Made by a program: the position numbers and the translations under genes. A model generated the notes under the pieces. That model had not been told where the DNA came from. It made no database searches and was given only the letters and a program-made list of their open reading frames with translations. Positions 57,802-64,000 of a stretch of DNA of 64,000 nt are shown in pieces (the first letter of the stretch is position 1; the number at the start of each line of letters is the position of its first letter). Source of the DNA: Candidatus Moraniibacteriota bacterium. GTDB taxonomy: Bacteria > Patescibacteriota > Minisyncoccia > Moranbacterales > UBA9337. Location of the stretch: contig JALSQF010000007.1 of the NCBI GenBank assembly GCA_026985555.1, forward strand, positions 1,099-65,098, written 5' to 3'.

Positions 57802-59079
57802 ATGCAAACTAAATTTAAATTTTCTCAACTGAATAAAAAAAAGCAAATAGAGTTGTGCACCCTGCCACAAAGTGTTTTTGTTACAGTTAATCCAGATGAT
57901 GAAACAGAGGAAGATATAGAAAATCGTCAAGAAAAATTTTTAGCTTTACCGACAGATATAAAGGAAAAATTAGTTTCTTATGAAACGGCTAAAATTATTC
58001 AAAAGATTGGTAAAAAATATAACTTAGAGCTATTGCAATTAGCCTCTCTAGCGCGTGCTATCAGAAGTTATTATTTTAAAGAATTAAAGCTAGATGATTT
58101 TCCGCGAATTTTTATTAGAGAGGCAAAAATTGATAGGGAAACAGCGCAAAATATTTCTCAAGAACTAATTAATAAAATTATAAACAATAACAATGTATCA
58201 AATAAAATAAAAGAAAATATAATTTTATTGCCGATACAACAGGCCTTAAATCAGTATGAAAGGTTAGGAGAGCAGACAATTACTAGTGAAAGAATAAAAA
58301 TTAAACCTTTATCGGAATCGGCCCGTCCATCTATAAAAAATTGGATTTATGATTATCATTATCATTTAGGAACAGGAAGCCATACCGTTATGGAAAGAGG
58401 AAACTATTTGTTTCATAGTGAAAATACAAAAAAATTAACCAATATGGAAAGAAAGAAATTAGCGCTTATTTTAAAATCATTGGATGAGCAAGATCCTTTA
58501 AAAATAGATAAAGAAAAAGAGGAAGTTATTTTTCCGGTAGAAAATAATATAGATTTAGTTGATCTTTATCCAAAACCGAAAAAAAAGATGCGACATATTA
58601 AACAGAAAATAGAAAATAATTTTCCTAATAATTTTTCTTCAAATAAAATTTCTAAAAATATTTCTAAAAATAAACAAAGAAAAGCTTCTTTTCAAAAGAA
58701 AAAGGTTAAATTAGCTAAAGAAACTATTTCTCATCCAGAACATTGGTTAGTAGGTCAAGATCATAAAACGATGTTTCAGTCTGTCTTTAATGAATTAAAG
58801 AACAAAGAAAAGGATCAAGCACAATTAAAAACAGAAATGAAAAATAAAGTTGATAAAACTAAACAATATAAAGAAAATAAGCAGTCTGATCAAAAAACAA
58901 TGAAAAAGGATTCAAAAAGTATTGATAATACTAAAAAAAATAAAGATGAATTTAATCAATTAAAGAAAGATACTAAAAACAACTATTTAAAATCAAGATT
59001 GTTTCGCATTCGTCCCAGTGGCGCGCAAAGAGAGATTTTAAAAAGCGCGCAAAATGTAATTAACTTAAAAGAAAAATAA
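57802..59079 (+). CDS. Hypothetical protein in T4SS-like cluster
   Basis: 425 aa; PSIKNWIYDY core, low-complexity charged tail, terminal NVINLK. Confidence 0.78.
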   Translation: MQTKFKFSQLNKKKQIELCTLPQSVFVTVNPDDETEEDIENRQEKFLALPTDIKEKLVSYETAKIIQKIGKKYNLELLQLASLARAIRSYYFKELKLDDFPRIFIREAKIDRETAQNISQELINKIINNNNVSNKIKENIILLPIQQALNQYERLGEQTITSERIKIKPLSESARPSIKNWIYDYHYHLGTGSHTVMERGNYLFHSENTKKLTNMERKKLALILKSLDEQDPLKIDKEKEEVIFPVENNIDLVDLYPKPKKKMRHIKQKIENNFPNNFSSNKISKNISKNKQRKASFQKKKVKLAKETISHPEHWLVGQDHKTMFQSVFNELKNKEKDQAQLKTEMKNKVDKTKQYKENKQSDQKTMKKDSKSIDNTKKNKDEFNQLKKDTKNNYLKSRLFRIRPSGAQREILKSAQNVINLKEK

Positions 59080-59085
59080 ACAACA

Positions 59086-59484
59086 ATGCTATTTAATGTT
59101 CCTCAGTTTGTTGATATAGAAGATAAAATAGTAGGGCCCTTTACTGCTAAGCAGTTGCTTTGGATGTTTGGTATGGCTGCTGTTTTATTAATTGTATGGA
59201 ATGTTTTTGATCAAAAAACTTTTTGGATTTCAAGTATTCCTATTGTTTTACTTTTTTTAGCGTTAGCTTTTTATCGTCCTTTTGGATTGCCTTTTATTAA
59301 ATTTATTTTTCTAACAATCTTATTTTTAATAAGACCTAAGGTGTATGTTTGGCAGAGAGAGGTAGGTCCCATAAGAAAAAATCTGGTTGAAAATTTAGAA
59401 AAAGTTTCTAAGAAAAAGAAAAAAACTAAAAAATTTGAAACAAAAAAAGCGAAACAAATAGCTCAGTTAATGGATAAATACTAA
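59086..59484 (+). CDS. PrgI family (VirB3-like) protein
   Basis: VPQFVDIEDKIVGPFT.KQ, two TMs, PKVYVWQ. Confidence 0.88.
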   Translation: MLFNVPQFVDIEDKIVGPFTAKQLLWMFGMAAVLLIVWNVFDQKTFWISSIPIVLLFLALAFYRPFGLPFIKFIFLTILFLIRPKVYVWQREVGPIRKNLVENLEKVSKKKKKTKKFETKKAKQIAQLMDKY

Positions 59485-59513
59485 TTTATTATTTATTGGT
59501 AAATAATTATTTT

Positions 59514-60197
59514 ATGAAATTATTTAAAAAGAAAGCAACTAAAAATCCAGCCATTAGCACTCAACGTTATGTAGACGTGGATAGTGTCAAGGATAATGTG
59601 ATTATTTTAAAAAATGGTTCTTTAAGAGCGGTTTTAATGGTGTCTTCTATAAATTTTGATTTAAAATCTGCTGAGGAGCAGGATGCTATTATTGCGAGTT
59701 ATCAAAATTTTCTTAATTCTTTAGATTTCTCTGTGCAAATTATAGTCAACTCTCGTCGTTTTGATATTAACCCTTATTTGAAAATGTTAAGAGAAAAAGA
59801 AATGTTACAAGAAAATGAATTATTAAAAATGCAAATAGCTGAATATCATGATTTTATTAAAAGTCTAGTAGATGTTTCTCAAATAATGTCAAAAATGTTT
59901 TATATAGTTGTTCCTTTTTATCCAGTGGAGAATAAAAAAGGTGGTATAATAGATAGAATTACAAATGTAATTATGCCTGAAAAAAAATTTATTTTTAATA
60001 AAGAAATTTTTGAAACGTATAAAAATCAGCTTTGGCAAAGAGTGGAGCAGGTACAGACAGCTTTGAATGGAACAGGAATTAGAATGGTTTTATTAAAAAC
60101 GGACGAATTAATAGAGTTATTGTATAATTCTTATAATCCATCTTTAGAGAGATATAGTACACTTAAAGATGTGGATAAGTTAGATTTTGAAATTTAA
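59514..60197 (+). CDS. T4SS-associated protein resembling a detached VirB4/TraE N-terminal domain
   Basis: STQ, SINFDLKSAEEQ, FLNSL, LYNSYNP; between PrgI and VirB4; likely ATG at 59514. Confidence 0.75.
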   Translation: MKLFKKKATKNPAISTQRYVDVDSVKDNVIILKNGSLRAVLMVSSINFDLKSAEEQDAIIASYQNFLNSLDFSVQIIVNSRRFDINPYLKMLREKEMLQENELLKMQIAEYHDFIKSLVDVSQIMSKMFYIVVPFYPVENKKGGIIDRITNVIMPEKKFIFNKEIFETYKNQLWQRVEQVQTALNGTGIRMVLLKTDELIELLYNSYNPSLERYSTLKDVDKLDFEI

Positions 60198-60229
60198 TGT
60201 TTTAAATAATTATTTATTTAATTTTTATA

Positions 60230-62083
60230 GTGGTTATGTTTTTTAGCGAAAAGAAGCCTAAAACAAAAAAAGAAATAGAAACAATGGATGCCATTTCAGC
60301 TAATGAGAGTTTATATAAAGAAGGATTAAGCACCTTGCGTGATTTAATTGCCCCAGCTGCTATTAAAACTGCTCCTCAATATGTAGAAATAGGTGATGCT
60401 TTTTCTAAAACGATTTTTGTAATGACCTATCCTAAATTTTTAAATACAAACTGGTTTTCTCCCATTATTAATATTGATTTTCCTCTAAATATTGCTATGT
60501 TCATACATCCAATGGAAACAGCTGACGTTTTAAGAAATTTGAGAAAAAGTGCTACCCAAGTGCAATCTCAAATAAATATAGAAGCTGAAGAGGGAAAAAT
60601 TCGTAATCCAGTTTTAGAATCAGCTCTTACTAATATAGAGGATTTGCGAGATAAACTGCAACAAGGAACAGAAAGGTTTTTTCGTTTTGGTCTTTATATC
60701 ACTGTTTTTGGTGAAGATTTAAGTGAAGCAGAGAAAAATATTGCTTCGGTAGAAACTATTTTAGAAGCCCAATTAGTTTATACTAAACCAGCTATTATGA
60801 GAATGGAGCAGGGGTTGATTTCAACCATACCTTTAGGTGAGGACAAATTAGATGCAGCTAATAATTTAAACACTTCTCCTTTATCTACCACTTTTCCTTT
60901 TGTTTCTTCCGATTTAACTTCTAATCAGGGAATTTTATATGGAATCAATCGTCATAATAATAGCCTTATTTTATTTGATCGTTTTGAAATGGAAAATGCT
61001 AATATGGTTATTTTTGCTAAATCAGGAGCAGGAAAAAGTTATATGGTTAAATTAGAAATTCTAAGATCAATGATGCTGGATACCGATATTATCGTAATTG
61101 ATCCCGAAAATGAATATAAGCATTTAAGTGAAACAGTGGGAGGTTCTTTTGTAAAGATTTCTCTTAATTCTAAAGTGCATCTTAATCCATTTGATTTACC
61201 CAAACCCAGAAAAGATGAGGATAATGCAGATATTTTTAGGTCTAGCGTAGCTCAATTAATTGGTTTGTTACATATTATGTTAGGTTCGGTAACTCCTGAA
61301 GAAGATTCTATATTAGATGAAGCTATTAGAGAAACTTATGCAGTTAGAGATATAACTCCAGAAAGTAATTTTAATATTTTAACTAAAGATGCTTTTCCTA
61401 CAATGACAGATCTTTATGAAGTTTTACGTAACATGGATGGAGCTGAATCCTTAACTCAACGTTTAAAAAAATATACGGAAGGAATTTTTGCTGGATTTAC
61501 TAATCATCATACTAATATAGAAATAAATAATCAATTGATGGTATTTAATATTAGAGATTTAGAAGATGAATTAAGGCCAGTGGCAATGCATTTAATTATG
61601 CAATATGTTTGGAACGAAATGAGAAGTGAATTGAGAAAAAGATTGTTAATAGTAGATGAGGCTTGGATAATGATGCGACATGAAGATGCAGCCGCTTTTT
61701 TCTTTAGTATAGCTAAACGTTGTCGTAAGTATTATACGGGATTAACTACTATTACACAGGATATTAATGATTTTATGACATCTAGATATGGAAAACCTAT
61801 TATAACCAACTCTTCTTTACAAGTACTTTTAAGACAATCTCCAGCTTCTATTGATACCATTACTGAAACTTTTTACCTTACTGAACAAGAAAAATTTTTA
61901 CTTTTAGAAAGTAACGTAGGAGAAGGAATATTTTTTGCTGGCAATAAGCATGCAGCAATAAAAGTGGTTGCTTCTTACAGTGAAGATCAAATTATAACTT
62001 CTGATCCACGTCAATTATTAGAAATAGAAGAGGCTAAAAAAGAATTAGAAGAGGAAGATGAGCATTTTGAAGAAAGAAAATAA
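60230..62083 (+). CDS. VirB4-like type IV secretion ATPase
   Basis: YGIN, AKSGAGKS, IDPENEY, LNPFD, VDEAW, RCRKY, ITQ. Confidence 0.9.
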   Translation: MVMFFSEKKPKTKKEIETMDAISANESLYKEGLSTLRDLIAPAAIKTAPQYVEIGDAFSKTIFVMTYPKFLNTNWFSPIINIDFPLNIAMFIHPMETADVLRNLRKSATQVQSQINIEAEEGKIRNPVLESALTNIEDLRDKLQQGTERFFRFGLYITVFGEDLSEAEKNIASVETILEAQLVYTKPAIMRMEQGLISTIPLGEDKLDAANNLNTSPLSTTFPFVSSDLTSNQGILYGINRHNNSLILFDRFEMENANMVIFAKSGAGKSYMVKLEILRSMMLDTDIIVIDPENEYKHLSETVGGSFVKISLNSKVHLNPFDLPKPRKDEDNADIFRSSVAQLIGLLHIMLGSVTPEEDSILDEAIRETYAVRDITPESNFNILTKDAFPTMTDLYEVLRNMDGAESLTQRLKKYTEGIFAGFTNHHTNIEINNQLMVFNIRDLEDELRPVAMHLIMQYVWNEMRSELRKRLLIVDEAWIMMRHEDAAAFFFSIAKRCRKYYTGLTTITQDINDFMTSRYGKPIITNSSLQVLLRQSPASIDTITETFYLTEQEKFLLLESNVGEGIFFAGNKHAAIKVVASYSEDQIITSDPRQLLEIEEAKKELEEEDEHFEERK

Positions 62084-62099
62084 AAATAAATTTTAAATT

Positions 62100-62492
62100 A
62101 TGTTTTTGGGACTACCTTTTTCAATTGCTATATTTTATATAGTAGCTCTGGCAATAGCCATACTAAAAGATTTATTAGATTTGGTTTTTATAACATCTCT
62201 TCCTGGTATTGGATCTATTTTAACTTTGCTTTTTTCTGGTTTAATATTCATTCTTATTTTTTTAGCTGGAATAATGGGTATAATTTTAGGCAAAGGAAAA
62301 ACGAAAATAAGTTCTACTATGAGGTTTTTAAGGTTTTTGAAACGTTTCGGAGTATTTTTAGGAGGAACAGTTACAGAGGAGCTGTTGGGTTTAAATTTTT
62401 TTCCTTTTGAAACAGTTACAGTAGCAATAATTATGTGGATGCATGGTCATTCCTATAAGAAAGCCAAAAAAGAAAAAAACCAAGGTAGTTAA
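62100..62492 (+). CDS. Small hydrophobic membrane protein
   Basis: 130 aa, multiple TM segments, directly after VirB4-like gene. Confidence 0.7.
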   Translation: MFLGLPFSIAIFYIVALAIAILKDLLDLVFITSLPGIGSILTLLFSGLIFILIFLAGIMGIILGKGKTKISSTMRFLRFLKRFGVFLGGTVTEELLGLNFFPFETVTVAIIMWMHGHSYKKAKKEKNQGS

Positions 62493-62518
62493 TTATTCTA
62501 ATTTTAAAATAATAGCAG

Positions 62519-63196
62519 ATGAGAAAAAATATAGAGAAAAAAATAAAACCGTTAGATAAAAAATTTTTTTTCGTTTCCATTTTTTTCCTAATTTTGATTT
62601 TAATAAGTCAATATTATCCTATAAATAAGGACGACACTTTTCAAAATATTAGTTTAGCTATTGTTTTTATGTTGGTAATACCTATTTTATTTATTAAAAT
62701 AGTTCTCAAAGAAAAACTAGAAAGCTATGGCTTTAAATTAATAACCAAAAAGAAAGTAATTTTTAATATTATATTGTTTTTAATGATTGTTCTAGTGTTA
62801 TTTTTAGCACTATTTAAATATATTTTAATTAAGCAAAATTATAATTTACCTCTTATTTTTCATCAATATTTTCTCTCCTTTTTTCTTTTAGAGTTTTTAG
62901 TTATGTCCCTAGTTTTATTATTGATAGAAGTTTTTTTCAGAGGCGTTATTCAGTTTTTTTTAGAACAATATTTTAGTTCAATAAAAGCTATATTATTGCA
63001 ATCAATATTATTTTTTCTTCTTTTGTATTTTTCTGGCTCAAAAAATGAAATATTAGAATGGCCTTTTTTACAATTGATTTTAATAGCTCCTCTAGCTGGT
63101 TGGATTGCTAAAGAAAGTAAATCCTGGTTTTATTCTTGGCTATTTAGTTGGTTATTTATGATTTTAAGTGATGCAATTATTATTTATTTTAAATAA
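62519..63196 (+). CDS. CPBP/Abi-like intramembrane protease homologue (degenerate)
   Basis: Multi-TM, IEVFFRG motif, SKSW region; expected His residues absent. Confidence 0.65.
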   Translation: MRKNIEKKIKPLDKKFFFVSIFFLILILISQYYPINKDDTFQNISLAIVFMLVIPILFIKIVLKEKLESYGFKLITKKKVIFNIILFLMIVLVLFLALFKYILIKQNYNLPLIFHQYFLSFFLLEFLVMSLVLLLIEVFFRGVIQFFLEQYFSSIKAILLQSILFFLLLYFSGSKNEILEWPFLQLILIAPLAGWIAKESKSWFYSWLFSWLFMILSDAIIIYFK

Positions 63197-63255
63197 GTTG
63201 TCAATAAATAAAAAAAAGGTTAAAATAAAAATAAAGAAAATATAAAAAACAAAAT

Positions 63256-64000
63256 ATGAAAAAAATAATAAAAATAAACTCAATCTTTTTCATAATTTTT
63301 GTAGGGATTTTTTTAAATTTTAAAAATGTTTCAGCTATTGTTGTGCATAGTATCACTAGATCAGCTGTAATGGACGTAATACGTTATACAGAAGATCATT
63401 ATCATATTGATGATAATAGTGTGAGAGATTCTATGGAAAGAATGAATGTAGCTAATCGGAAAGGATCAGCGCCAGAAGTTAAACTCTTTTTTTCTCCTAG
63501 TGACCCTAAGCCAGGAGAAAAAATAACCGCTACTGCTTTACCGATGTATTTTTCTCAACCTAAAGAGAAATCTTATTTTACTTGGTATTTAAAACAAAAA
63601 GGGTGTGATTTATGTGAAAATAATTCTACTGTGAATAGATGTTCTTCTATGCAATTAAAAAAATGTGATGAAAATAAAGATAATAGAGTTACCGTAGAAG
63701 ACTGGAAAATAACAGCTATGAAAATAATTGCTCAAAATGGTTTTGACAAAAATACAGAGGGTAAAAATAATACTGATGATGATGGTTACCGTGCTCATTT
63801 AGGAGGAGATACTAATCGTCGTCCTACTTTTGGATATCATTGTTTTTTACATGACTTTAATAATGGAAAAAATTATGAAATGATAAATCATTGTGAGCAT
63901 ATTTTTCCTAATGCTTTATTGTTTAGGGATGGAAGGACGCATCACTATGTAACAGGAGACGGAGTTTTTGGTAAAGATGAAGAATCTTTTTGGGGGACTG
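63256..64000 (+). CDS. Large secreted Cys-containing protein, 5' part (runs off window end)
   Basis: ATG at 63256, signal peptide MKKIIKINSIFFIIFVGIFLNFKNVSA, Ig-like FSPSDPKPGEKITATA...YFTWYL; no stop seen to 64000. Confidence 0.8.
   Translation, partial: MKKIIKINSIFFIIFVGIFLNFKNVSAIVVHSITRSAVMDVIRYTEDHYHIDDNSVRDSMERMNVANRKGSAPEVKLFFSPSDPKPGEKITATALPMYFSQPKEKSYFTWYLKQKGCDLCENNSTVNRCSSMQLKKCDENKDNRVTVEDWKITAMKIIAQNGFDKNTEGKNNTDDDGYRAHLGGDTNRRPTFGYHCFLHDFNNGKNYEMINHCEHIFPNALLFRDGRTHHYVTGDGVFGKDEESFWGT

Noticed and set aside
55814-62083. Conjugative element/ICE call
   Set aside because: No relaxase, integrase or boundaries seen; composition resembles flanking core genes
1-64000. Genetic code 25 (TGA=Gly) as in Gracilibacteria/Absconditabacteria
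   Set aside because: Conserved proteins are full length in code 11 and TGA ends genes at expected positions (e.g. 39094, 52325)

Overview
Strongly AT-rich bacterial chromosomal segment using the standard code (TGA acts as a stop). Gene content points to a Patescibacteria/CPR organism, possibly Parcubacteria/Moranbacteria-like (inference). It holds housekeeping genes (ileS, dus, typA, rpmB, clpC, mrdA, lspA, ruvX/yqgF, tRNA-Lys), a surface-glycosylation region, competence genes (yraN, comM, stand-alone ComEC nuclease domain), a type IV pilus operon, and a split Patescibacteria-type T4SS-like gene set (VirD4-like at ~29-31 kb; VirB6/PrgI/VirB4-like at ~56-62 kb) with no visible relaxase. The least explained signal is non-coding: three copies of a 44-50 bp palindrome built from ATTTAAAT modules. 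Each lies upstream of a ~175-aa orphan gene that has its own promoter, a boxA-like TAGTTATTTAAYAA leader, a strong Shine-Dalgarno (rare elsewhere here) and a downstream hairpin. Two of these units flank ileS in mirror image, and that IleRS carries an apparently intact histidine-phosphatase domain insertion. All calls are from reading the sequence and recognising motifs; no searches were run.
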